DNA from: Bacillus ectoiniformans
Lineage (GTDB): Bacteria; Bacillota; Bacilli; Bacillales; Domibacillaceae
Direction: 5' to 3'
Assembly (NCBI RefSeq): GCF_016908875.1
Contig: NZ_JAFBES010000002.1
Span: 233,740-257,739, forward strand
Length of the DNA stretch: 24,000 nucleotides
Part shown: positions 6,882 to 15,067 of the stretch, piece after piece
How the letters are laid out: every line of letters begins with the position of its first letter
Position numbering within the stretch: position 1 is the first letter of the stretch
Made by a program: the position numbers and the translations under genes
The notes under the pieces: model-generated
Databases searched by the model: none
What the model was told of the DNA's origin: nothing
What the model saw: the letters and a program-made list of their open reading frames with translations, nothing else

Positions 6882-9590
6882 ATGTCTGATCAATACAATT
6901 CACGTACCGAAAGAAGAAAACAGCAAGCAAAGAAACCGGAAAGGAAACCAAAGGCAGCTAAGGGAGAAAAAAGAAACCGGTCCCTGGCAAAAAAAGTATT
7001 CCTTAGCCTGGTTTTACTCATGTTCTTGTCTGTTGCTGTCGGGGCTGGAGCCTTTGCCTATCTGGTAAAGGATGCTCCTAAATTAGATGAAGCAATGCTT
7101 AGAGATCCCATTTCATCTAAAATTTACGATAAAGATGGCGAGTTCTTAACTTCCATCGGCTCAGAAAAACGCGACTATGTAAAATATGAAGATATACCAC
7201 AGCTGGTCAGAGACGCCATCATTGCAACAGAAGATTCCCGCTTCTTTGAGCACCATGGAGTGGATGTAATCCGTATCGGCGGAGCTGTCGTGAAAAACGT
7301 GACGGATGGTTTCGGTTCTCAAGGAGCCAGTACAATCACCCAGCAAGTAGTGAAGAACTCATTTTTAACCCATGATAAAACACTTACTAGAAAAGTCCAA
7401 GAAGTCTGGCTTGCTTATCAGCTTGATAAAAAGTACAGCAAAGAAGAAATTTTTGAGATGTATGTCAATAAAGTATATATGTCTGCACAAATTCACGGCA
7501 TAAAAGAAGCTTCAAACTATTATTTTGACAAAGAATTGGAAGAATTGACTTTGCCGGAAGCAGCACTAATTGCAGGTATGCCGCAAAGCCCTAATAACTA
7601 TAATCCATTAAATCATCCGGATCGAGCTGAAAAACGCCGAAACGTTGTCTTATCTTTAATGAACCAGCATAATAAGATATCCCAGTCTGAAATGGAGGAA
7701 GCTAAAAAAGTGCCTGTTACTGATGGCCTTGCCTCCAACCAGCCGCAGTCGGGTGACAATAAAAAGTTTAACTCATTTATCGATATGGTCGTTGAGGAAA
7801 TCGAGGACATGGGTGAATACAATCCTTATTCCGATGGACTGAAGATCTATACAACACTTGACCGCAAAGCACAAACCTATATGGATAAACTGTTAAATTC
7901 CGATGAAATTATTAATTACCCTAGTGAAGAGTTTCAAGCTGGCATCGCCTTAACAGATACTAAGACTGGCGAAATCCGAGCCATAGGCGGCGGCCGCAAC
8001 CAGGAAGTTGAGCGCGGATATAATTTTGCTGTTGATTTGAAACAGCGTCAGCCGGGTTCTACCATTAAACCATTAATTGATTATGGTCCTGCCATTGAGT
8101 ACCTTAAATGGTCTACCTATCAACAATTGGATGACCGCCCTTACACTTACTCAAACGGAGCGCCGATCCGCAATGCCGGCGGCTCGTATATGGGTCCAAT
8201 ATCTATGAGAACAGCGCTTGTCTACTCGCGCAACATCCCTGCTTTACAGACCTTCCAAGAAGTTGGACACAGTAAGGCCAATGACTTTCTGTCAGGTCTT
8301 GGGATCAATATAGATAAAGCTGAATCCGAAAACGAATCAAACTCGATTGGCGGGATGAGAGGCATCTCCCCTCTTGATTTAGCTGGCGCATTTGCCGCAT
8401 TCGGAAACGAAGGTGTATATAATAAGCCGCATACCGTGAAAAAGATCGTCTTGCGTGATGGCGAAACGGAAATAAAGAACCCAAATAAACCAAAAGCAGC
8501 CATGAGTGACTATACTGCGTATATGGTGACAGATATGCTAAAAGATGTGGTGAAAGAAGGTACAGGAACGAGAGCAAACATACCAGGCCTTCATGTAGCT
8601 GGTAAGACTGGTACAACCAACTACACGCAAAAAGAAAGAAACGATTATGGCATTCCGAAAAGCGGTGCTCCTGACTCTTGGTTTGTCGGATACACGACGA
8701 ATTATACTGCGGCGATCTGGACGGGATATGCTGAACGAAAAAATTATTTATCCAAAGACAGTCAGCTGATCTCTAAGAAGCTGTTTAAAGAGTTAATGAC
8801 AGAAGTATCATCAGATGTCGATACACCGAACTTTAAAAAGCCGAAAAGCGTAGTTGAGCTGCCAGTTAAAAAGGGATCGAATCCTGCGAAAATTGCTGGT
8901 AAAGGAACACCTTCTAGCGAAGTAGTCTATGAATTATTTGTTCGCGGAGAAGAACCAAAACAGGTGTTTGATGACTTTAAAGAAGAAGAGAAAGACGAAG
9001 AAGAACAAAAAGGGAAAATTGAAGGCTTGAGCGCTTCCTATGATGAAGCGTCACAAAGCATTTCCGTCTCCTGGTCTTATAAAGGAGAAGGTTCTCCAAC
9101 GTTCACTGTAACAGGCGGAGGGCAATCGCAAACGATCAGCGGTTTTGCGACAGTCATTAATAATGTACAGCCTGGTCAATCGTATACGATTACCGTTGCT
9201 GCTACAGTAGACGGAGAGACGACGGATTCTGCTTCTACTACGGTCAATGTGCCTGGAGGAGAAACAGCGCCTCCTGAAGAAGAGGAAGAAGAGCCAGCGG
9301 AACCTGAAACCCCTGCACCTGACCGCGATCAAGAAGAAAATGGTCAAAAACCAGGAAACGGCAATGGGCAAAAGCCAGGGAATGGAAATGGCAATGATAA
9401 TGGGAATGGTTCAACCCCTCCTGAGAACGGCGAAACTAAGCCGCCAGGAAATGAAAAACCTGCACCACAGCCGCCTCCTGCAGAGCAAGAACCAGCACCT
9501 GCGCCGGCTCCTGCACCTTCCCAAGATGGCGCAGCTAGACAAAACACTAATAAACCTAACCAAGACGCTCCTCAGCAAAATACTGAGTGA
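6882..9590 (+). CDS. ponA: Class A penicillin-binding protein PBP1 (glycosyltransferase plus transpeptidase) with a FN3-like domain and a disordered C-terminal tail
   Basis: There is an N-terminal TM segment. GT51 motifs are EDSRFFEHHGVD, GASTITQQ and RKVQE. Transpeptidase motifs are STIKP (SxxK), SRN and KTGT. It lies downstream of recU, as in B. subtilis. Confidence 0.95.
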   Translation: MSDQYNSRTERRKQQAKKPERKPKAAKGEKRNRSLAKKVFLSLVLLMFLSVAVGAGAFAYLVKDAPKLDEAMLRDPISSKIYDKDGEFLTSIGSEKRDYVKYEDIPQLVRDAIIATEDSRFFEHHGVDVIRIGGAVVKNVTDGFGSQGASTITQQVVKNSFLTHDKTLTRKVQEVWLAYQLDKKYSKEEIFEMYVNKVYMSAQIHGIKEASNYYFDKELEELTLPEAALIAGMPQSPNNYNPLNHPDRAEKRRNVVLSLMNQHNKISQSEMEEAKKVPVTDGLASNQPQSGDNKKFNSFIDMVVEEIEDMGEYNPYSDGLKIYTTLDRKAQTYMDKLLNSDEIINYPSEEFQAGIALTDTKTGEIRAIGGGRNQEVERGYNFAVDLKQRQPGSTIKPLIDYGPAIEYLKWSTYQQLDDRPYTYSNGAPIRNAGGSYMGPISMRTALVYSRNIPALQTFQEVGHSKANDFLSGLGINIDKAESENESNSIGGMRGISPLDLAGAFAAFGNEGVYNKPHTVKKIVLRDGETEIKNPNKPKAAMSDYTAYMVTDMLKDVVKEGTGTRANIPGLHVAGKTGTTNYTQKERNDYGIPKSGAPDSWFVGYTTNYTAAIWTGYAERKNYLSKDSQLISKKLFKELMTEVSSDVDTPNFKKPKSVVELPVKKGSNPAKIAGKGTPSSEVVYELFVRGEEPKQVFDDFKEEEKDEEEQKGKIEGLSASYDEASQSISVSWSYKGEGSPTFTVTGGGQSQTISGFATVINNVQPGQSYTITVAATVDGETTDSASTTVNVPGGETAPPEEEEEEPAEPETPAPDRDQEENGQKPGNGNGQKPGNGNGNDNGNGSTPPENGETKPPGNEKPAPQPPPAEQEPAPAPAPAPSQDGAARQNTNKPNQDAPQQNTE
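9342..9410 (+). repeat. Imperfect 24-nt tandem repeat inside the ponA tail
   Basis: ggtcaaaaaccaggaaacggcaat / gggcaaaagccagggaatggaaat / ggcaatgataatgggaatggt encode GQKPGNGN-GQKPGNGN-GNDNGNG. A PAPAPAPAP stretch follows. Confidence 0.8.
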
Positions 9591-9597
9591 GCAGAAT

Positions 9598-9646
9598 AAA
9601 AAGAGAAAGCCGGATGGGGTTAAATCCCATCCGGCTTTCTCTTTTT
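9598..9646. terminator. Bidirectional terminator shared by the convergent genes ponA and ypoC
   Basis: A 17-bp perfect stem, AGAGAAAGCCGGATGGG (9602-9618) / CCCATCCGGCTTTCTCT (9626-9642), is flanked by AAAA on the left and TTTT on the right. Confidence 0.85.
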
Positions 9647-10123
9647 AACTATATTATATTTAGCCCATTGCTTCTTTTGTTCAGTCATTAATTCCCCTAT
9701 TTGAACAAAAGCTTGATAAGAATAAGGACGCTGCATGATAAAGTCCAGCCGATCTGCGACATTCACAGGTTTAATGGAAAGTGTGAAAATCTTGCTTTTC
9801 CAATCATTCAGCTGAACAGGTTCACCATTTAACCAAAACAGGCTCATGAAAAATAAGGCAATCGCTGCTTTCATTTGATGTTTGGCTAAAGGATCCCTCG
9901 CTTGAAATTTCTCTTCCAGTTCAGGTTTGATTTTCTCCCACCATTTATCCAGTGCCTTCAGTCCTTCTTCTCTGTCATTCCATGGCTGCCCTTTAATGAC
10001 TTGTAACTCATAAAGGAAATATGGTTCTTCCATGAGACTGCTATTAGCAGGAATCTTGGCTGTTTCCTGATTAAAAAATAAAGAATGCTGTAAACTTAAA
10101 GGAACAGGCACTTGTTTTTCCAT
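9620..10123 (-). CDS. ypoC: YpoC-like protein of unknown function (167 aa)
   Basis: It sits downstream of nth as in B. subtilis and has a similar length. I reset the start to ATG 10123 (MEKQVPVP..), which overlaps the nth stop as TAATG. The track extension would overlap nth by 70 nt. Confidence 0.7.
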   Translation of the reverse strand: MEKQVPVPLSLQHSLFFNQETAKIPANSSLMEEPYFLYELQVIKGQPWNDREEGLKALDKWWEKIKPELEEKFQARDPLAKHQMKAAIALFFMSLFWLNGEPVQLNDWKSKIFTLSIKPVNVADRLDFIMQRPYSYQAFVQIGELMTEQKKQWAKYNIVKKRKPDGI

Positions 10124-10776
10124 TAAAGAACCTTCTTTTTCATTCGCTTTTTTCCTTCTCGGCACAGATCCAGGAGAGGACACTCGGCACATTTAGGAGA
10201 CTGCGCCTTGCAGTGATAACGCCCAAAAAATATCAGCCTGTGATGAGTGATTGACCATTCTTCCTGTGGAATCTTCCTCATCAATGTCGCTTCCACTTCT
10301 GTGACGGAGTCTTTCCAGCGGCAGATCCCTAAACGTTTGCTTACTCTTTCCACGTGTGTGTCCACAGCGATCGCCGGCACATCAAACGCGACAGAGGCCA
10401 CAACATTGGCTGTTTTCCTGCCGACGCCAGGCAGCTTGACTAATTCATCCTGTGTTCTTGGCACTTCCCCGCCCATTTCATCGACGAGCATCTGGCTAAG
10501 CTTTTGAATATTTTTGGCTTTATTGCGAAATAATCCGATCGAACGAATATCCTCTTGAAGTTCTTCAAGAGGAACAGAAAGATAATCTTCCGGTGTATGG
10601 TACTTATTAAATAAATCTTTCGTTACTTTGTTGACTAGCGCATCTGTACATTGCGCAGATAAGGCTACCGCAATCACTAAATCAAACGGATTGCGGTGGT
10701 TTAATTCACAATGCGCATCCGGAAACATTCGAGCGATCGTATCCAGGCAATAGCGTATTTGCGTTTTATTCAGCAT
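10123..10776 (-). CDS. nth: Endonuclease III (DNA glycosylase/AP lyase)
   Basis: The helix-hairpin-helix motif is LPGVGRKTANVV, with the catalytic region ..AVDTHV... The 4Fe-4S motif is C-x6-C-x2-C-x5-C (CKAQSPKCAECPLLDLC). The SD AAGGGGGAG lies upstream. Confidence 0.95.
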   Translation of the reverse strand: MLNKTQIRYCLDTIARMFPDAHCELNHRNPFDLVIAVALSAQCTDALVNKVTKDLFNKYHTPEDYLSVPLEELQEDIRSIGLFRNKAKNIQKLSQMLVDEMGGEVPRTQDELVKLPGVGRKTANVVASVAFDVPAIAVDTHVERVSKRLGICRWKDSVTEVEATLMRKIPQEEWSITHHRLIFFGRYHCKAQSPKCAECPLLDLCREGKKRMKKKVL

Positions 10777-10791
10777 GCATTCTCCCCCTTT

Positions 10792-11481
10792 TTATTGTTC
10801 AAGCCAATTATAAAAAGGCACAGCCTTTTTAGAACGCTGCACTTGCTCAGGAGAATTCTGATGCTTTCTAAAGCGCTGCCCGTACTCTCTCGCTTGTTCA
10901 AGCGTCTCAATGCCTTGTTTTTTCCATTCAAAAAGGATCCGGTCAATATAGCGAAAGTTCATTTTCCCTGAAATGACTGCTTCTCTCAAGGCTGCTTTAA
11001 TAATCACTGGATCATGGTGATCTTGATCAATCCAGATCGCAAGCGTTTCGCATTCAAGGGGAGATAATGGTCGCCCAAATTCTTGTTCAAAGCAGCTGTA
11101 GAGGTCTTTTTCATCACTCATCGCTTGCTGTAAGCTTGATTGTCTCGACTGTTGAAGCATATAATATGACAGTTTCTTCCATAACGGCTTTAACGAATAA
11201 CTTTCAAATCCAGGAGCTTGTCCCTGTTCAATATGAATGAATTGCTGCTGCATTAGTTTCTTTAGCATAACGGCACACTCACTTGCTGTTACCGTCATTT
11301 GAGAAGATAATTCATCAAATGTCGGGAAGTGCAGCCCTTTTTGTTTAAATGCATGTATTTGCATCAGGAGAACTAATTCTGCTTCTGTTAATTGCAAACT
11401 GCTGTAATGAGTAAGGAGAACTTGAGGAAAACTAACCAGTCCTTCGTCCATCCATTGTATAAATAAATCTTTGTGTTCCAT
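10792..11481 (-). CDS. dnaD: Replication initiation / primosome protein DnaD
   Basis: The 229-aa length, the N-terminal winged-helix-like region and the C-terminal DnaD/DnaB-type domain (..YIDRILFEWKKQGI.T.EQA) support the call. Its position upstream of nth agrees. The SD GAGGTG lies 6 nt upstream. Confidence 0.85.
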   Translation of the reverse strand: MEHKDLFIQWMDEGLVSFPQVLLTHYSSLQLTEAELVLLMQIHAFKQKGLHFPTFDELSSQMTVTASECAVMLKKLMQQQFIHIEQGQAPGFESYSLKPLWKKLSYYMLQQSRQSSLQQAMSDEKDLYSCFEQEFGRPLSPLECETLAIWIDQDHHDPVIIKAALREAVISGKMNFRYIDRILFEWKKQGIETLEQAREYGQRFRKHQNSPEQVQRSKKAVPFYNWLEQ

Positions 11482-11590
11482 CGTCTACACCTCACCTATA
11501 GTATATCATGGTGCATTGCAAAAAATGATGATTTGCAACGATAAAGTTTGCTGGGAAAACCTAGATTGCTAGATTCATTTTTTGACGAAG

Positions 11591-11618
11591 TAAAAATACC
11601 GCGGCTTTCGCGCGGTAT
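11591..11618 (-). terminator. Rho-independent terminator of asnS
   Basis: The minus strand reads ATACCGCG-CGAAAGC-CGCGGTAT followed by TTTTTAC. It starts 8 nt after the asnS stop. Confidence 0.8.
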
Positions 11619-11625
11619 CTTAACA

Positions 11626-12918
11626 TTATGGATATAAGCGGTTTAATAAGCGCGGGAATGGAATCGATTCCCTTACATGTTCTACTCCGCTGATCCAGGC
11701 AACTGTCCGTTCTAATCCAAGACCGAATCCTGAATGAGGAACTGAGCCGTACTGGCGTAATTCAAGATACCATTTGTAGGCATCCAGATCTAGGTTATGC
11801 TCCTCTAGACGCTGTTTCAACAGTTCATAATCATGAATACGTTCAGAGCCGCCGATGATCTCCCCGTAGCCTTCTGGTGCGATTAAGTCTGCACATAGAA
11901 CCACATCGCCGCGCTCTGGATCCGGCTGCATGTAGAATGGTTTTAAGCTAGTTGGATAATGGGTGATAAAGACAGGCTTCTGATAGCTCTCGGCAATAGC
12001 CGTTTCATGCGGAGCTCCGAAATCATCGCCCCACTGAATATCATCGAATCCTTTTTCATGCAAGAATTTCAACGCTTCATCATAGGTAATACGGGGAAAC
12101 GGAGCTTGAATATGCTCAAGCTTTGATGTATCTCTACCGAGGCGCTCAAGTTCTAACTGACAATTTTTTAAGACAGACTGAACAACATGAGAAACGTATT
12201 GTTCTTGTACTTCTAAATTGTCCTCAAACTCATAAAAGGCCATTTCAGGCTCGATCATCCAGAATTCAATGAGATGTCGGCGTGTTTTCGATTTTTCCGC
12301 ACGGAAAGTCGGGCCAAATGAGAATACTTTGCCAAGTGCCATCGCAGCTGCTTCCATATAGAGCTGTCCGCTTTGTGATAAATAGGCATCTTCATCAAAG
12401 TATTTCGTATGAAATAATTCTGATGTACCTTCTGGCGCACTGCCTGTCAGGATCGGAGGATCGACTTTGGAGAATCCTTTTTCATTAAAGAATTCATACG
12501 TCGCCCGGATAATTTCATTTCTGATTTTCATCACCGCATGTTGTTTGCGTGAGCGAAGCCATAAATGGCGATGATCCATTAAAAATTCCGTCCCATGTTC
12601 TTTCGGTGTAATCGGATAGTCAACCGCTTCTGCTATCACTTTCACACCAGTGACAGACAATTCATATCCAAATGGAGAACGGCTGTCTTCCTGTACAACA
12701 CCTGTCACATATAATGATGATTCCTGTGTCAGTGATTTAGCTTGCTGAAAGATTTCTTCACCGACATCACTTTTCACTACTACACCTTGAATAAAGCCAG
12801 ACCCATCTCTTAACTGCAAGAATGCGATTTTCCCGCTGGATCGTTTATTCGCAAGCCAAGCACCGATCGTTACTTCTTTGCCTGCATGGTTTCCCGCTTC
12901 TGCTATAGTAATTTTCAT
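11626..12918 (-). CDS. asnS: Asparagine--tRNA ligase (430 aa)
   Basis: It is a class IIb aaRS, with [29 protein letters not shown] (OB-fold region), FRAE and GFGLGLER. I reset the start to ATG 12918 (MKITIAEAG) because GGAGGG lies 9 nt upstream. That gives the 430-aa length typical of Bacillus AsnS. Confidence 0.95.
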   Translation of the reverse strand: MKITIAEAGNHAGKEVTIGAWLANKRSSGKIAFLQLRDGSGFIQGVVVKSDVGEEIFQQAKSLTQESSLYVTGVVQEDSRSPFGYELSVTGVKVIAEAVDYPITPKEHGTEFLMDHRHLWLRSRKQHAVMKIRNEIIRATYEFFNEKGFSKVDPPILTGSAPEGTSELFHTKYFDEDAYLSQSGQLYMEAAAMALGKVFSFGPTFRAEKSKTRRHLIEFWMIEPEMAFYEFEDNLEVQEQYVSHVVQSVLKNCQLELERLGRDTSKLEHIQAPFPRITYDEALKFLHEKGFDDIQWGDDFGAPHETAIAESYQKPVFITHYPTSLKPFYMQPDPERGDVVLCADLIAPEGYGEIIGGSERIHDYELLKQRLEEHNLDLDAYKWYLELRQYGSVPHSGFGLGLERTVAWISGVEHVRESIPFPRLLNRLYP

Positions 12919-12968
12919 TATAGAATTCCCTCCAAAGTGTGGCACAAGTCTTTTATTATTCGTCTAAT

Positions 12969-12998
12969 ATTATACCTGTCTTTATTTTAAATGTACAA
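12969..12998 (-). promoter_or_regulatory. Candidate sigma-A promoter of asnS
   Basis: The minus strand reads TTGTAC-18 nt-TATAAT, about 50 nt upstream of the asnS ATG. The leader is too short for a T-box. Confidence 0.45.
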
Positions 12999-13020
12999 GG
13001 AATTGGGATTCCTGCTGGAG

Positions 13021-13064
13021 CAACAACCAAAAGCCTTTAAAACAGCAGCTGTTTTAAAGGCTTT
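13021..13064 (-). terminator. Rho-independent terminator of aspB
   Basis: A 14-bp stem, AAAGCCTTTAAAAC / GTTTTAAAGGCTTT (13030-13064), is followed on the minus strand by TTTTGGTTGTTG. Confidence 0.75.
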
Positions 13065-13075
13065 CTTAGAAATGA

Positions 13076-14275
13076 TTATTCGGCTGTTTTCATATTGGCT
13101 TTCACATATTCACTCATGCGCTCGACAGCTTTTTCTAATAATTCAAGTGACGTCGCATAAGATAGGCGAATGTTGTCCGGAGAGCCAAATCCGCTGCCAG
13201 GAATAACAGCTACCTTCGCTTCTTCAAGCAGAGCTTTGACAAATCCATCTACATCTTCAAATCCAGTCATTTTTGCTGCTTCTTTCACGTTAGGGAACAA
13301 ATAGAACGCACCCTGAGGCTTCAAGCAAGAGAATCCAGGAATTGCATTTAATTTGCCGTGTATCACATTTAAACGCTCTTCAAATGCCTTTTTCATCTCT
13401 TCTACAGGCTCCTGTGTCCCTTCATAGGCTGCAATTGAACCATATTGAGAAGTCGCTGTCGGATTAGATGTAGAGTGGCTGGCAAGGTCCGTCATGGCCT
13501 TAATGACTTGCTCATTGCCGGCAGCATAGCCAATTCTCCAGCCAGTCATGGAATGAGACTTAGAGACGCCGTTAATGATAATTGTTTGCTCTTTTAATTC
13601 TGGAGAGAGTTCCGCAATGGATACATGCTTGTGATCTCCGTAAACTAGCTTTTCATAAATTTCATCAGAAATAATCCAAATATTTTTTTTGATCGCCACT
13701 TCACCAAGTGCTTGCAGCTCTTCTTTCGTATACAGCATACCTGTCGGGTTGCTTGGCGAGTTAATAATGACTGCTTTTGTTCGATCAGTGATCACTTCTT
13801 CGAGCTGCTCTGGCGTGATCTTGAATTGATTGTCTTCTTTTCCTTCCACATAAACTGGCTTTCCATCTGCCAGCTTGACTTGTTCCGGATAGCTTACCCA
13901 AAAGGGAGTAGGAATGATCACTTCATCCCCTTCGTCTAAGATGACTTGGAAAAGTGTATATAAAGCGTGCTTCGCGCCTACAGTTACAATGATTTCACTG
14001 CGTTTATATTCAATGCCCTGATCCTCTTTAAATTTATTGATCACCGCATCTTTTAACTCCACTAAACCGCCAGAAGGCGTATATTTCGTTTGGCCTTTTT
14101 GCATAGATTCATAAGCCGCTTGAATAATATGCTCTGGTGTATTAAAATCCGGTTCCCCTGCACCAAGGCCAATAACATCTATGCCTTGAGCTTTCATTTC
14201 TTTCGCTTTAGCCGTAATGGCTAAAGTAGTTGAAGGTGTTAGAGCTTTTACTCTTTCTGCTAATCGAATGTCCAT
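13076..14275 (-). CDS. aspB: Aspartate aminotransferase (PLP-dependent, class I)
   Basis: There is a strong end-to-end resemblance to B. subtilis AspB as I recall it (RVKALTPSTTLAITAKAKE.., GLGAGEPDFNTP, SKSHSMTGWRIGY with the PLP lysine). I reset the start to ATG 14275 (MDIRLAERV) because GGAGGA lies 6 nt upstream. Confidence 0.95.
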   Translation of the reverse strand: MDIRLAERVKALTPSTTLAITAKAKEMKAQGIDVIGLGAGEPDFNTPEHIIQAAYESMQKGQTKYTPSGGLVELKDAVINKFKEDQGIEYKRSEIIVTVGAKHALYTLFQVILDEGDEVIIPTPFWVSYPEQVKLADGKPVYVEGKEDNQFKITPEQLEEVITDRTKAVIINSPSNPTGMLYTKEELQALGEVAIKKNIWIISDEIYEKLVYGDHKHVSIAELSPELKEQTIIINGVSKSHSMTGWRIGYAAGNEQVIKAMTDLASHSTSNPTATSQYGSIAAYEGTQEPVEEMKKAFEERLNVIHGKLNAIPGFSCLKPQGAFYLFPNVKEAAKMTGFEDVDGFVKALLEEAKVAVIPGSGFGSPDNIRLSYATSLELLEKAVERMSEYVKANMKTAE

Positions 14276-14293
14276 GATGAATCCTCCACTCAT

Positions 14294-14770
14294 TTAAATA
14301 TTATCTATTTTTTTCAGCCATTTTCCACTGTCAAACAGCAGATAATAATAGCTTAATTGCTGCCTGCTGTTCACAAACGTAATTTCCCAAACCGGCTTAT
14401 TTTTTTCCATGCCCAGCTTGATCGACAAAAGTTCTTCTGGTTTTTGTTCAGACATTAACTTTTTTAAAGCCTGTTCTTTTGTCACGCCTTCTTTGTACGT
14501 TCTTACCGTCTGTTTCTTTTTCTTATCTTTTGGAATCCAGACAACTTTTTCGACATTTTTCTCAGTTTGCCCTTTTAAGACATAGTAGGTCTCTTGGCCA
14601 TGATATAAATAAAAATCAGTAACAGTGACAATGCCGGCATCGTTTCTAGCTGCCGCCGCTGCTTTTTCTTCCGCTTTTACATATGGCTTTTGCGCACTGT
14701 TATACAAAGTAAGGGCGGCAATAAAAAAGATGAATATGGGGATGAAAATAATAAAAATAAACTTTTTCAT
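14294..14770 (-). CDS. ypmB: YpmB-like membrane-anchored PepSY-type protein
   Basis: It has an N-terminal TM segment (KKFIFIIFIPIFIFFIAALTL) followed by an extracytoplasmic domain. Size and position between ypmA and aspB match B. subtilis. I reset the start to ATG 14770. The track GTG at 14776 lies inside the SD AAAGAGGTG. Confidence 0.7.
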   Translation of the reverse strand: MKKFIFIIFIPIFIFFIAALTLYNSAQKPYVKAEEKAAAAARNDAGIVTVTDFYLYHGQETYYVLKGQTEKNVEKVVWIPKDKKKKQTVRTYKEGVTKEQALKKLMSEQKPEELLSIKLGMEKNKPVWEITFVNSRQQLSYYYLLFDSGKWLKKIDNI

Positions 14771-14782
14771 GTTCACCTCTTT

Positions 14783-14953
14783 TTATGTACGGTAAATCGT
14801 AAATACAGCTTTGTCTTGGGATTCAGGATCCAAAGCTAATCCAAACATTAAGTTTTCTCTCTTCAGCGTCCGATTCAGCGCATCAACAATCTTATACAAA
14901 TCTGCTTGGTAATCAATTTTAACTGTTGATAGCACTTCAATTTTGCTCTCCAT
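14783..14953 (-). CDS. ypmA: YpmA (DUF4264) small protein, 56 aa
   Basis: It is not in the ORF track because it falls below the size cutoff. My own translation is MESKIEVLSTVKIDYQADLYKIVDALNRTLKRENLMFGLALDPESQDKAVFTIYRT followed by a stop. The SD AGGAGG lies 7 nt upstream. The stop is 12 nt before the ypmB ATG. The sequence closely resembles the B. subtilis YpmA I recall. Confidence 0.8.
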   Translation of the reverse strand: MESKIEVLSTVKIDYQADLYKIVDALNRTLKRENLMFGLALDPESQDKAVFTIYRT

Positions 14954-15009
14954 GTAAATGCCTCCTGTGTTTGCCCTTCAAATGTGTATCCTACATGTTG
15001 ACCTTATTT

Positions 15010-15037
15010 ATTATAGCAGGATTTGAAATGTTCGTAA
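15010..15037 (-). promoter_or_regulatory. Candidate extended -10 sigma-A promoter for ypmA-ypmB-aspB
   Basis: The minus strand reads TTACGA-16 nt (ending in TGC)-TATAAT, about 55 nt upstream of the ypmA ATG. Confidence 0.45.
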
Positions 15038-15067
15038 CTGATATTTATTGAAAAATGCAAAATCATG

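Noticed and set aside
9051-9648. Track ORFs 9051-9371 (-), 9247-9648 (+) and 9344-9547 (-), which overlap the ponA 3' end
   Set aside because: They are artefacts of the repetitive, GC-richer, stop-poor low-complexity DNA that encodes the PBP1 tail. The ponA frame is continuous with the catalytic domains.
12919-13075. A possible T-box riboswitch upstream of asnS
   Set aside because: Only about 50 nt separate the candidate promoter from the ATG. There is no specifier-loop or T-box (..GGUGGUACCGCG..) sequence. The only strong hairpin here is the aspB terminator.
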